Counted from the first letter of the stretch, positions 36,065 through 54,175 are shown. The stretch: 64,000 nt of DNA from Neoconidiobolus thromboides FSU 785 (GCA_025603075.1 MU626263.1:124001-188000), one strand, 5' to 3'. Program-made: numbers and translations. The notes: generated from the sequence alone by a model not told the origin.

Positions 36065-39000
36065 CATCTCATCCAATCTATCGGATTTAAATGGAATTAA
36101 AGCTTCTTTTATATTCAGTAATTGAAATTCAGTATTAAAAAAGCATACTTTTAATTCCTTTTTATTGAACTGTATTTTAAATACATTTGATAATATTAAA
36201 AATAATTCATTATTCTATGGTAAATAAAAAGTTAATTAACATTGTCATTAAACTGTAATATATTAATTATTACCTTTTCAATTTTATTATTAAAGTCTAT
36301 TTCATCTATGTCTATTTTATCATTGTTAACTTCACTATTATTAAAATCTAGTTCAATTTCATCTTCATTAGCATTTTCATTACTAGAATTCATTTGTTCC
36401 TCACAAAACTGTATTTTCTTTTTTAACTCATTGTCATTATCAACCTCAATTATATCCCTTAATTTCACATCCCCTAAAAAAAGCATCAGTAAACCAATCA
36501 AAATCAAATAAGTAGCTAATAACACTCATTACCCTCTATAACCCACGAAAAAGTTTCCAATAATGTCCAAAAATACATTGCTATTATAATTGAATTTGTT
36601 TTATACTTGTCATCCAAATATTGAATTAAAATTAGAATTTCTTTTTTTTTTAAACAAATACTTATTAACTTTTCATAATATTGTTCAATATCTTGTAATT
36701 GATATTTCATTGCCAAATCGAGTGCCATTTTACTCCCCAGTACTTTATCCTTACAATTTAAAACAATATTAGCTGCTTTAGAATATTCCTTGAATTTTAA
36801 ATAATTTTCCATAACTTTTATATACTCTTCTTTTTCGATTAAATATTGATTGTATTTTTCATAAATAGTAACAATTAACTTTTGTTTATTTATTAAATTA
36901 TTACTCTCAATTAATTTTAATCCAAGTTCAAATTCTTGATTTTTTACTAAACATTGAATTGCTAATTCAATTTTACCCATATAAAGATATATTACAACTC
37001 CAATTAATGTACTTTCATTATTATTATTATTATTGCTCATCTCACCCGCTACTTTTTCCATCATTTGATAATAACTTTCATTCCCTAATAATGGAGATAA
37101 AGATAATAACAATAAAGATTTAATTATACTATGATTTTGATCGTTATTACTGTTATTAAATTGATTAAAACATGAAATTAATTCTCCGTTTAACAATTGA
37201 TTTAATATCAATTTGTTATTATTATTATTGTTTGAATTCTCTCTTCTATTCTCTATCGTTGATGATGCCGTGCTTAAACCATTATTTTCTTCTTTGATAT
37301 TAATAATTTGATGTTTCTTATTATTATTGTTAATTGTTTCAATTGTACTATCAGTATGATTATATTTGATCTTTTTATTTTGATTGTGACGTATATTAAC
37401 TTCCTCACTCATTTTATTCTTAACTTCCACTTTTGCATTTAACTTTTTAAAATTATTCACTTTCTCTTTCCAACAATTAAAATCCCAAAGTAATAATTTA
37501 CAATCATTAAAACCTGAAATAATTAACTTATTATTGATCCATATTCCACAATTCACTGGCTTTGAATAATCCAACAATAAGATGGATACTAAAGTTATAT
37601 TGTTCTCGATTTGATAAACCAAACTAGTACCATCAATACTAGTACTTAACAAAAAACTTGTTTTAAATTGTAAACTGGTAATTTTAGATTTTTGTTTTTG
37701 TAAGATAAAATCATACTCGTTATGAACTTTGTTTCGTTCCTTTTGTACCCTAATTTTATTCAATTTAGTTCTAATGATTCATTAATAGAAACCATACAAC
37801 TTACATCTTAAATCTATCACAATTAACCAAAATTATACTGCCGTCATCAAAACCAATTGCCAACATTGTAAACTCTTCATTTTCTGCAATAGCCAAAATC
37901 GGAGAACAAATGTTTATAAAGGAATAAATTAAACAATAATTTTTAGTTAAATAAACATTCATTTTTCCATTAGAATAACCTAGTGTGAAATAATTTCCGT
38001 TATTTATAAATTGAAATTGAGTGAGCTGTATATTTTCTTCATTATTTATCTAACAACAATTATTAAGTAGATTTAAATTATAAATTATAAATTATAAATT
38101 ATGTTGGATTTACCTTCAATATATTTATTAACGAATTGGATATAATAATTGAAATATCATTTAAATGATAAAACAATAACTTTCCACTTTTATATAAAAC
38201 TGCTATTACATTAAATTCACTTTCATTTTCCTTCTTATTATTCCTAATCCGCATTTCATCTTCTTCCAATAGTAATAGTTCCAAATTGTCCAAATCATTC
38301 AATTGACCAATCCATTTTAATTTGATAATTTGAATTTGTTCAATTAAATTGCTATTGTTGACATTATTATTCATAATTTTATTATTATTATTACTTTTAT
38401 TTAACGTTTTGATTTTTTGATTTCTTATATTTAACTTTCCAATTTGGCCATTATTACATACAAACCATAATTGATTTTCTATTTCAGGATGGAATTGAAT
38501 CTAAGTTAAAATTAAATAATAAACTATTATTATATTTATTATTGTTATATTAAATAATAATAAACTTACCTTATTGACTGAATGATGAATATTATTCCAA
38601 ATATTAAAAATCACTTCTAACTTCTTCTGTTTTCCATCTAATTTTAAAATTTTAATTTTATCTTCATTATTAGCAATAGCAACTAATGATTTATCCCACT
38701 GAGCAATCGAAACATTTGAAATTGGCGAATTCAAAGTGTCGGTACTTTTTTTGATTTTGTAACTTTTTAAATCCCAGCAAATAATTTTACGATCTAATGA
38801 ATATGTAATTACAGATTGTTGGTGTTGATTAATTAATATCGAAAATAAACTTCGTTTATGACCATCTTCTTTCTTGTTTTGAATACTAATAATTTTATTC
38901 GTTACCACTTTCCATAAGTTCAATTTACCACTACAAAAATGAAATAAATAAATTCAATTTTTATTATACCACATTTCTTTAATATAAACTTACTTTTTAT

Positions 39001-40149
39001 TCGCTACAATCAATTGTAACTCCTCCTCATTTAACACATCAAATGCAACAAACCCTTCATCTTTATATTTTTTTTTATCCAACTTTAAACTTAATATATT
39101 ATTACTTTCTTTCTTATTTAAATTATTAAATACAATATAATATTGATCTAATGAGCATGATATTAATATTGGGAATTCTTTATTCATTATCTCTATATTA
39201 TGTTATATTATATTGTTATTAGTTATTATTATTAGTTATTATTACTAGTATTATATTATTAAACTTACCATTAACCACCAATTGAATTTTTAATATTTCC
39301 AAACTATGCTGATTTAATGTAAATAAAACATTGATCTCCAATTCAGTATCGGCTTTTGCAATCAATATAGTACCATCCTTATATCTTAAAAACATTATCA
39401 ATTTTACTTAATAAATGTCAATAATATTTACCCGATCGCCAAATAACATTCCTTATTAAATAGTATACTATCAAAGCAAGTAATTTGTCCTTTTTTAATT
39501 TGGTACTTTTTAATTTTTTTACTTATTAAACTATACAAAACTAAATTCCCAGTTTTATCCCCTAAAATAAAATAAAAATAAAACAAAATTATTAATAAAT
39601 AGGGCTTAGTTATGATTTAACTTGTTTTATCCTTACCACAAACAATAATGTCTTTTAACCTCATCCAACATACCGCCATAACATCTTTCTATACCAATTA
39701 AAAAACTTAAAAACTTTCATTCGTCATTGAAATTTTTTGTCTCTCTTCAAACTTACCTTAAACCAAGCAAATTCAGCCACTATTTGACCTCTATCTGTCC
39801 CCCTCCCACCTTTCCAAATTTTAACTTGACCATTCGCACCTCCGGTCAGAAATCGGCTAACTTTTTCCCTCTCCTCTTCCACCTCATTTGGACTATTCTC
39901 TGAAATTTCTAAACAAAAACTAGTCACTCTAGGGTAATGGCAATCAATATTGAAGATTAACTCAAAAGTTGTACAATCAAGACAATAAATGCCATTTTTA
40001 CTACAATAATAATACAATTGTGAATTTGGATCGAGACCAAATAAATTACTATTGTACCAATTAGGAGATTGGTAAATGCCATAAAGGCTATTGGATTCAT
40101 ATAACTTTGAGTGTTGAGCTATTTCATTGAATTGAAGCGTATCATCCAT
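35945..40149 (-). CDS. GEMIN5: Gemin5-like WD40-repeat protein with a TPR-like C-terminal region, multi-exon
   Basis: N-terminal SPNWY motif, WD repeats including HKRSLFSI..ITYSLDRKIICWDL and FHPEIENQLWF, and a helical segment YLYMGKIELAIQCL..YLKFKEYSKAANIV resembling the Gemin5 dimerisation module. Based on my recollection of metazoan Gemin5. Confidence 0.72.
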
Positions 40150-40406
40150 TGAATATATTACTCTCTTTTATTATAAATTAGACAAATAAAACAAGAAATA
40201 AACTTAGTTTTTAGACAATAAATTGAGTTTTTTAACATTGTCATTTTTTAATTCAGTAATTCCTCGGTTAAAAAATATCCTTTTTAGTTCTACCAATCAA
40301 ATTTCATTTCTCTATTATCAATAATTTCAATTTTTAAACCCTTTAAGTTTGAATGATTCATTTTTCTTCCTTATTACCGCTAACCACCACCTAACAACGT
40401 ACCACA

Positions 40407-40973
40407 ATGGTTCATCCAAACGAGCTATTATTCCGCGAAGGTCTTGAGATTATCTTTAATTTATGGGAATCCTTGAAACTTGCTATAAGAAATGAGTGGG
40501 GAGGCCCTGATTCTAAAGAAAAAAGGGATTGGATGCTAGATATTATAGTAGCTGAATTTCGTACAAGTAAAGTTTATTTAAATCAAGTATTTTAATGAGT
40601 TGTTATTAATAAAAGGAAATTTTTAATTAACTAGAGGGCAAACGTATAGAAGTATTTGATATTGAAGATATCTTAACTCAAATAATGAGTGATGAATTTG
40701 AAACCATTTTAGAAGATGATTCCGCATATATTGTAAGTTTTTACATTTCAATTTTAATTTACTTTCACTGGTTTAATCTTTTATTTCAACAAGGTTTCCA
40801 AAGACATCTTTAAATTATATGGTCAAATAGTGAAGTCAGATCTCTCCTTCTTAACCCGATTGAGAGAAATCCAACAAATTCGAGGCAACAGTAGTGCTAA
40901 TATATTACCAAATAGCATGGAAGATGGACAAGATTCTACTGATGAAGAAGACGATGATGAAGAAGGTATGTAA
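40407..40973 (+). CDS. TSR2: Pre-rRNA-processing protein Tsr2 (WGG domain); 3' end uncertain
   Basis: WESLKLAIRNEWGGPDSKEKRDW, IEDIL.QIMSDEFETILEDDSAY and an acidic tail. Confidence 0.9.
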
Positions 40974-41042
40974 AAAAAATTGATAGAGCGATAGAGATAT
41001 AGAAGATTCTATGAAAGGGGGTTGATAAAGTTTTTTTATAGT

Positions 41043-42269
41043 TCATTTTTTTAATAAAATATCAAGTTCACTTTGGTTTTGATGGATTTTTGTTGTTGAT
41101 TTTGAATGATACAGTTTGGTGCTATACGTTTGGATCGAGGTTAATAAACTTTTTTCTTGATTTATTAAGTCGATTAATTCACTTTGAAATTGAATTGTTT
41201 TTTGTAGCTGATCTCAATCATGTTAGTTATTAGTTTGATTTATTATATAATTATCATTACTTTTGTTTGTTTTTCAAATTTTAATTGATTCTTATTTATG
41301 TCTTGATCCCACTGCTCTATTTGATTTACAAATGTAGCTAGTATTAATTAGTACTTTATCTATTGGTAAAGGTGATTTTAATTACCTTTATCAAATTTAC
41401 AATTTTTAATAACCAATTTGTTTGAAATGGGATTAAAATTAGTAGCTAATTGCTGATAATAAGGTAGATAGTTTTTATAATTAAGTTGATTGAAAGTAGT
41501 AAATTGTTTCTAAATAAAAATAAAGATAAAAATAAAAATATAATCAATAGAATATAAAACTACCATCTCCTTTAAAACATCGTTTCCTTTCTCCTCTTCT
41601 TTTTTAATCTCAATTTCATTCTCTAAACTCAAACTTTCCAACTGTAATTCCCTTAATCTATTTGACTCATTTCCATATTGAATCTATAAAAGATTACGTT
41701 TTAATCGTAACAGATTAATTCGATACTTTTCGTTACCTTTAACCCCTCTCTTTGTTTTTGAAAATTCTTTTCTGTTAGCAAGTTCAAGTATTCACTTTGA
41801 ATATAAAGCAATTTGGTTTTTAATTCTTCTTCTTCGTTGGTTATAAAAGACTAGAAATTTAGTAGCATTAATTATTGTTGATTTTTTTGTTTTTAAAATC
41901 GAATGTTCTACTTTTAACTTACATTTTCATTAGCTTGCTGCTGTTGCTTAGGTACTTTTTCTTCTTTTTATAATTAATTAAAATCATTTTATCCAAAATA
42001 ATCAATAGAATGCCCATACCTTTTTTCAATCCATTATCTTTTTTTTCAAATTTCAATTGTACAGTTTTATCTTTAATGTTATTTTCATTGTTATTCAACT
42101 TAACTAAGGGCTTAATTAGTCTCATTCACTTCATTTCAATTTTCATAACTTTACTTTTCTTTATTGAATTACTTGATAATGTAGAACTGCTTCTTTGTTG
42201 CATTAATGTCTCCTCTCTTTCTTTCTTGACACCAATTTGATTTTTACTACCACTACCTTTTCTATCCAT
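41043..42269 (-). CDS. Unassigned coiled-coil protein, multi-exon; weak resemblance to augmin subunit HAUS8
   Basis: Open exons with canonical splice sites: MDRKGSGSKNQIG..., SFITNEEEELKTKLLYIQSEYLNLLTEKNFQKQREGLK, IQYGNESNRLRELQ..., PYYQQLATNFNPISNKL, ELIDLINQEKSLL. Confidence 0.6.
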
Positions 42270-42389
42270 AATAAAAAAACAAGCAAAAAAAAAAGTGAAA
42301 AAAACTTAAAATTGTTCAAAAAAATTTGAGTAAAAAAATACTACTAATATTTATTCACTTATAATTTAACTTGTTATATTTTATTTTAT

Positions 42390-46612
<4,223 letters not shown>

Positions 46613-47200
46613 ATTGAATAAAAAGGCTACAATTTTTTTTAATTGTATTGATAATATGGGAATTTGATTAGTATTTTGATTGGTTAGAGACAATGGGATT
46701 CGCGTAGTTGGCTTATTCAATCAAATTGACTATGATCTTTTGATTAGCTTTAATTGGTAAATTGATAAAAAATCACGCAAAATTTTATTTGATAATGAGT
46801 TAGTAGTCATTATTTTATCAATATTTTTATTGTTTGACTTATATTAGTTATGTGTTAAAGTTTATAAGCTTATTTTCTTAATAACTTAATACATATTCAT
46901 TAAGTTATAATCTCATTATATTATAATAATTATCTAGACTTTAATTTTGTTTAATTTAGGAATGTTTTTTATCCTCATTGTTTTGTTTATTTTTTAATAT
47001 TTAAAACTGGATAATTTGCTTATAGATTTTTATAGACATTATTGTATATCTTATAAAAATAATATTGATACCAGAATCAAAGTCAAGTTTACAACAGTAA
47101 CATATATTATGAAGGTTTTAAAGTTTTTAAGCCTAGTAATGTATCACTTTATAATTTAATATAAGGCTATAAAGCTTTTTAAACAAATATAAAAGGAATG

Positions 47201-47306
47201 ATATGGAAGTGTTTTTTTGACTTCATTGTTTTTTCCATTTTTCAAGCAGTATTTAAGCGGAAAATTTGTTAGTAAAATTCTTGAACACAAAAATACATCC
47301 TCATAT
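47201..47306. mobile_element. MITE-like repeat copy
   Basis: ATAT-GGAAGTGTTTTTTTGACTTCATTG ... CACAAAAATACATCCTC-ATAT. Confidence 0.78.
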
Positions 47307-47463
47307 TATAATAAAGTTTAAAAATAGTTTATTTAAAAATAAAATAAAAAAAACTTTAATAAACAAATAAAGATGAAAATAATTTTATTTATATTTAACA
47401 TAATATTATCAATTTTGATAATAATTCTAGTATTGTTTTTTTATTTTTAAAGATAACAAAAGC

Positions 47464-47567
47464 ATATGGGGATGTGTTTTTGTATTTAAGAATTTTATTA
47501 ATAGCTTTTCCACTCAAATAGCCCTTAAAAAATGGAAAAAGTAATGAGGTCAAAAAAACATCCCCAT
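47464..47567. mobile_element. MITE-like repeat copy, inverted relative to 47201-47306
   Basis: ATAT-GGGGATGTGTTTTTG ... CACTCAAATAGCCCTTAAAAAATGGAAAAAG ... AAAAAAACATCCCC-AT. Confidence 0.8.
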
Positions 47568-48327
47568 GCTTTTTTTAAAATTATAAACATTTATATTATT
47601 GTATCAATTAGAAAATTACTGTACTATAAAAGTTTTAAATAAATGAAATGATATTTTATCTTATATCATTTTATTAAAATAGTGATATTTATAAAATAGT
47701 TGTTTTTTTAAACTAATTTAATAATATAAATACAATATCACAATGAGTATATATGTTTTTTGAATACTTATCAATAAATTTAAGATAAATTATAAAATGG
47801 CATACAAAAAATAACATGAAATTAAAATCTTAACTTTTTCATATAAACAATTAATTTTTATTATAGACAAATTTAATACCAAAGTTTTTATTTAACTTAA
47901 TAATTTGTAATTTTTATTTAGTCTAAGTCATCTATAATCATTCTTACATTTAAAAGCATCAACTAAAAAACAAGCTAAATAAAAGTTGCTATTAAATCAA
48001 ATAATAATATCCAAGTAATTTTTAAACTAACTATAGAATCCGTTTTTTTTACTTATACCTCTATGCATAATATTAGCTTTGAACATTTTACTACTTATTT
48101 TTAAAAATAAATAGCTTAAAGTTACAAATAGCTTATAACAATAATTTAATAAAATTGTATAGCAAATTAACCAGACTTTTATCTTACAAAATATCTGAGT
48201 CAAAAGTGTTATCGTTTATTAATTAACAAACCATTATCAAAAAAAAATTTATATAGCATTTAAATAACTTATCTTTGTGAAATCTGGTACTCAGTGATTC
48301 GAGCCAAATGTAATTATTGCTTGTTGA

Positions 48328-48434
48328 ATGTGGGGATATTTTTTTTGGCTTCATTACTTTTTCCATTTTTCAGACACTATTTGAGTGAAAAGATTATTAA
48401 TAAAGTTCCTAAACAAAAGAACACATCCCCATAT
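48328..48434. mobile_element. MITE-like repeat copy
   Basis: ATGT-GGGGATATTTTTTTTGGCTTCATTAC ... AAGAACACATCCCC-ATAT. Confidence 0.78.
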
Positions 48435-49032
48435 GCTGTAAGTCGAGAGGTCTTAGTTTATGTGACTAAGTTAGATTTGGATTATGAAGAATAGCAAATA
48501 ATATGCTACATAATATGTAAGATAGATAGAATAGACAATACTACTGTAAAATCTACGTAAAATACTACTAAGAAAATTTAGTGGCTTTATTAAATGTAAT
48601 AGATATCAGGGAATAATTGGGTTAAAAAGCCTCAAGTTATATTTCAAAATCTCTTTTATATTCCGACAAGTATGGATATTAAAATGAGAAGATGATGTTC
48701 TTTCGAATGAAGTTGGAAATTCACACATCAAATCAAAATAAGGGTTTGAAATCAATTGTCTCCGAGCTCGAGAACACAACTTAAGTGATTATTATGCTAT
48801 AATCAATCATGGGGCTGATAAAGTAATATTTCGTATCTTAAAAGGATCAAGTAAATAGCTTTTGTTATTATCACATTCCTTAAGAGTAATTAAGCTATAT
48901 CGCATTTAGTAATGTTTTTTAAGTTATGTTAGAAATGTTTTTTATACCTTTTATCCTTTATATTTTATTAAGTGCTTTAACTTTTAAATCTATAGACACT
49001 ATTTTAAAAATAATCAATAAGCTTTAGTTTAC

Positions 49033-49218
49033 ATAATGTTTTTTCGGCTTCACTTTTTCCATTTTTTAAATGCTATTTGAGTGGGAAGATTATTAATAGA
49101 ATTCTTAAAAAGTACATGGGGATGTTTTTTTGGCTTCGTTATTTTTTCCATCTTTTAAGTGCTATTTGAGTGAAAAAATTGTTAGTAAATTCTTAAGTAC
49201 AAAAATACATCCCCATAT
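49033..49218. mobile_element. Two tandem MITE-like copies, the first truncated and the second 49114-49218
   Basis: Two successive CTTC.TT..TTTTCCAT...GCTATTTGAGTG cores, with junction CTTAAAAAGTACATGGGGATG and end TACATCCCCATAT. Confidence 0.75.
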
Positions 49219-49399
49219 CATCATAATATTTTAAAAAGTGAATATTGATTTAAATCTAACTTCATATTATTGAATAAATATTTGAACATAAAAAGAAGAA
49301 AAAGCTTGCCTGTTTTAATGATATAAACAAGCTTAGTGATATTTATTGATAAATAAAAATAAAAATATTAAATAAAAGCAAGAAATAATAAAAACTCTA

Positions 49400-51170
49400 A
49401 AAACTCCCCTTTCATACAACATAGTAATTTAAAGATGATCTTTTTGTCCATTGGCTTTCATAAGAAAAGCTCCCAATATTCAAGCATTGCTATGGCATCA
49501 ATGATAGCTAACTTATAATATATTTTTCTTAATAATCTTTCATTACAATATAGTAGCAAAAGTTGAATTTATCAACAACAAATTTTATCTCAAAAATTTT
49601 ACCTTGGATATTTTTATTACACTTTTTTTGAGCGGCTGCAGTCATTGAGGTATTTAGCTGAAAGTCACTATTTAGATAAATGAATTGATGCTAATTTTTT
49701 TCATGGACTAATCAAACGGTCTGAATAGTGATATTTCTACTCTCATTTTTGGCATTTGTTGAAATGTTTATCACTAACTTTAAGTGATGAATAAATTGCT
49801 CTTACAATAACTTTCAATCCATTATCTAGTAATAATATGCTATGAATTAATAGAGTTATTCCATCAGTTTACTCTTTATTCTTTATTCTTTATTTTTTAT
49901 TTTTTATTTTTTATTTTTTGATACAACTGTACCTGAGATATTGTGTAATTATATTAAACTCAATTTATTTAAAAACCTTCCTTTGAATTGTTGTTAATTG
50001 ATCTGAAGTTATAAAAAAGTTAAATTCAAGAATCCTAGATCCATCATAATCTTATAAGATTGTTTGTTGCATTTTTCCTTCTAAAACATTTGGAGGATCG
50101 TGAGTGAGTACATTTTTAGTATTACTCGTTCCTTGAATAGTAGCGTTGAGTGCTTCTTGTTTGATTTCTCGAAAGTTAGAGACACTGGATTCAAAATTTT
50201 GTATTGATTATTTGCCTGGCATTTTTATTCAAAAATAATCCAAAGATAGACCTAAAGTTTTCAATATTGAGTAAAGATCTAGAAATGTATAAAAGAGGTA
50301 AAGTCTATATTTTATTTTGAAAAAGTTAAACAAATTTAGTGGTACTTATCAACAAACTAAAATGTATCGCAAAGTGATAAATAAAAAAGTAGTCAGTAAC
50401 TAAAACTCCAATATTTCCCTTCTCATATGAACAATTAACTTGAGGATAGTCTCTTTACCTATTGGGTTCTCCAACTCAAGTTTTTTTAACTTAATCATTT
50501 CCACTCTATCAATAGAGGGAATGGAACCAATAAGCTCTTTTAAATAAGCTTCTATAATAATAGAATAGCAGAGATATACACCATCTCCCATAAACTTCAT
50601 CTCAATAATTTTCATATCTTTAAACTGTTTTGTATTACAATATTGTTGAGCTGCTTCAATCATTGAATAAGCTAATAATACATCTTCATCTAATTAAACG
50701 ATTTTTCCTTAATGCTTTTCCCTGTAAATTAATTATACAATTCGATTATTATCATTTGTGTGTTTATATGTGATCTTAGTTTCAAACTGTTGATGATCAA
50801 TTTTGAATAGTTCATAACTTGGTTTCATAAATCAATTGAGCTCAATCAGTTATAAATCTTTGACTTTGTGGTATATTTGAACTTTGATCCTAATTTACTA
50901 ACATATCTCGTAGTTGGTATAAGAGTCTTCTTTGGACGTTTATTGATTGGTTGGAAGTTTTAAAAAAACTGATCCAAGGGTCTCCTCTCCAGTATAATCT
51001 TTAGGATTAAACATTATGCTTCACCCTCAATAGGATTTGGAGGATTATAATTAAATATGTCTTTTATACCAGTTGTTTCTTGGATTTTTATGTTCAGAGT
51101 TTACTTTCCAACTATTCCAAATTTGGAGACATTGTATTGGAAACTTTTAGTTGGTGATCTACGTTGCATT
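49400..51170 (-). mobile_element. Degenerate non-LTR (LINE-like) retrotransposon relic: ORF1-like region followed by APE-endonuclease remnants
   Basis: The minus strand has long stop-interrupted frames (including ORF 50400-50663), then GITLLIHS, VRAIYS, IYLNSDFQ and RSSLNYY in the order of APE motifs GVAILI, NIYAP, GDFN and SRIDY. There are no introns. Confidence 0.45.
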
Positions 51171-51480
51171 TTTTGAGTTTTAAAGAAAATCAAAATATAG
51201 TTCAAGAATAAATTCCAGAATTAAAAAGTTGAAATCATTTTGGGGTAAGTTTATTTTCAATCCCCAAAAATAGGATTGGAAATGGAATTGGAATCCTCGA
51301 CTACTATTGGTTGGATTGTTATTAAACTAACAAAAAAAAGCATTAATTTTTAATAGTAAAAATAAAATTATTTGTTTTTTTAAACTAATATAAATTTTAA
51401 TTTAATATTAATTTTTTATACTATAAAAAGACAATATAAACTTTGAATAACTATTAAAAAAGAGACACAGTTTTTTAAAG

Positions 51481-53689
51481 ATGGTACATAAGAGTAAGTT
51501 TATATAAAAGATTTATCGAACATCTGATTCTGAACTAAATTTACTTAGAAAACCCAAGTAAACGTGTAACAACTCGTTTAAGAGCCAAGAACACTAAGAG
51601 AGCTGCTGAAAAAAAACGTAAAGATAAAAAAGAAGCTAGAATTAATCCACAAAGTAAAAGTAAGTTTTAAAAATACCCCATTAATACTATTATAACAATA
51701 ACTAATCCAATTTCAAGAGATCAAGAAGGATCCTGGAATTCCAAATTTATGGCCATTTAAAGAGAAGTTGATTCAAGAAATTGAAAAGAGTAAACAAGAT
51801 AAAGAATCGGAACGAGCTGCTGCTAAAGAAAAGCAAAAGAAAAATTCATTATTAAACATGGTTAATGAAGCTAACAAAAGAAGTGAAGCATTTAATAAAC
51901 AAGTTAAAAATAATGAAGAAGATGAAATGAGCGCTATGGATCCTGCTTTAGTTGGTAAAAAAGACAATAGTCGTAAAGCTTACTTTAGAGAGTTTAAAAA
52001 AGTTATCGATAACTCCGATGTCATTTTGGAAGTATTAGACGCTAGGGATCCACTAGGTTGTCGTACTAGAAATATAGAAAAATTAATTTTGAATTATCCT
52101 AATAAAAGGATTATTTTAATTTTAAATAAGATTGGTAAGAAAATAATTTATTAAATATTAAGAACGCAGATGCTTATATGTGTTTTAGATCTTATCCCTC
52201 AAGATATAGCTAATCAGTGGATTCTTTATTTAAGAAACGAGTTCCCAACTATTGCATTTAAAGCCAGTACCCAAAATCAACGTACCAACATTAGTCAGAA
52301 GAAAGGACATTTGAAGAACAAAACTATGGATGAAGTAACCTCTACTTCTTCGAGTCTTGGAGCTGATTCCTTAATCAAATTGTTAAAAAATTACTCACGC
52401 AGTCAAAATATCAAAACATCATTAACTGTAGGTGTCATTGGTTACCCAAATGTTGGTAAAAGCTCCTTAATTAATTCATTAAAAAGAAGTAAAGTTTGTG
52501 GTGTTGGTGCAAGCCCTGGGTTCACTAAAGTAGCCCAAGAAATTCATTTAGATGCTAAATTAAAGTTGTTTGATTGCCCTGGTATTGTATTTGGTGGAAG
52601 TCAAGCTAATATGAATCCTGGGGATTTATTGTTACGTAACTGTATTAAAGTCGAATTGCTTCAAGACCCTATTTCACCAGGTAAATTAATTAGTTTAAAT
52701 GTGATAAATGACGTATTAATTTGATCGTTTAGTGGATTATTTACTTAAAAAATGTGGGGCCCAAAATTTAATGATGCATTATAGCTTACCAGCCTTTAGA
52801 GATGTTAAAGGGTTTTTAGTTGAATTAGCTCGCCAACGTGGGTTTATCAAAAAGGTAAGTGAAATCATATAAGTTCATACTAATATTTTAATTTAACTCA
52901 ATTTAATAGGGAGGTGTTCCAGATATTGAAGGTGTAGCTAAATTAGTCTTAAAAGATTGGAATAGTGGAAATATTTCTTTTTATACCTTACCACCAGAAA
53001 AGAAACAAAGTGCTACTAGTTCAAGTGAATTAGTTACAGCTTGGTCTAAAGAATTTAGTTTACAAGATTATGATGAATCGGTCAGTGCAGATAATTCTAT
53101 AGCTAGTAAGAATAATAATAAAGCCATGGTTATGGTAAGAGGATTTTTTTAAAATTAATTGGGCTGGGAATTAATAGAATTTTGTTTTTTTAGGAATCTA
53201 CTTTTGGCGAAGTTGAAAATGAAATTGAAAATGAATTTTTAGAAGAAATGAATATGGCCGAAGTCATTGATGATGATGATGCTATCAGTGCTAATGATGA
53301 TAGTGAAGAAGAAGAGGATGAAGAAGAAGAAGAAGTTGAAGTTAATAAAATGATAATGACAGTATCGGTAGGTATATAATATACAACAATAATATAAATA
53401 TAATATGATATTAAATTTCTTTATTCTTAATTAGACTAAAAGTAAAAAAACTGGCGGAGTAGAAAAAAAGATAACTGCCTCTGAAATAAGTATTGATAGT
53501 CAATTAAATCAAACAATTAAAAAACAAATGAAACAAAAAAATAAAGCATTACGTAAACAAAATCAACGTGCTGAAGAATTATTAGAAATGATGGAAGAAG
53601 AAGAAGAAGTTATGGGAAGTGATAGCGATGAGGATAATGATGATTTTGATTTTGCTCAATTAGATGGAGGTTTGCCTATGGAAGATTAA
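51481..53689 (+). CDS. NUG1: Nucleolar GTPase Nug1/GNL3 (nucleostemin family)
   Basis: [68 protein letters not shown] and an acidic tail. Confidence 0.95.
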
Positions 53690-54175
53690 AAGAGGAGAGT
53701 GATGTTTTGTAAGGAGGTTTTAAACTATAGAAATAAATACAAGTTATTATTATGTAGATTTAAAATTATTATTAATGTTTAATTATATTTTATCTATAAC
53801 AATAACTTAATTTTTATTAATAGCGTAAAGAATTGCTAAATTTATTATCATTTATAAGTATTCTATCCAATTTTAAAGAATAGGTTAAATGATTAAAATG
53901 AGATGATAAAAATAGAGGGAGATAGTTAGTCAAAAGTTAAGCAGGTTTTTTTTAAAGAGTAAAGCTATAAAATAAAGTCTTCCCCTTTTATCATATACAA
54001 TAGTTCAATCTCTAAAGGCTAATATATAACAACCAATATCAGATATGTATTCTAAATTAACAATATAAATTATTTTTAGTTTATCATTTTATAATCTATA
54101 ACATTATTTTTGAAGGGACAATTATCAAACTTATAGATACATGTATTAAATATTTTAAAATTTTGAATGGACAAA

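Noticed and set aside
41680-41860. Apparent in-frame stops suggesting a non-standard genetic code
   Set aside because: They resolve as ordinary short GT-AG introns. Long exons elsewhere are open under the standard code.
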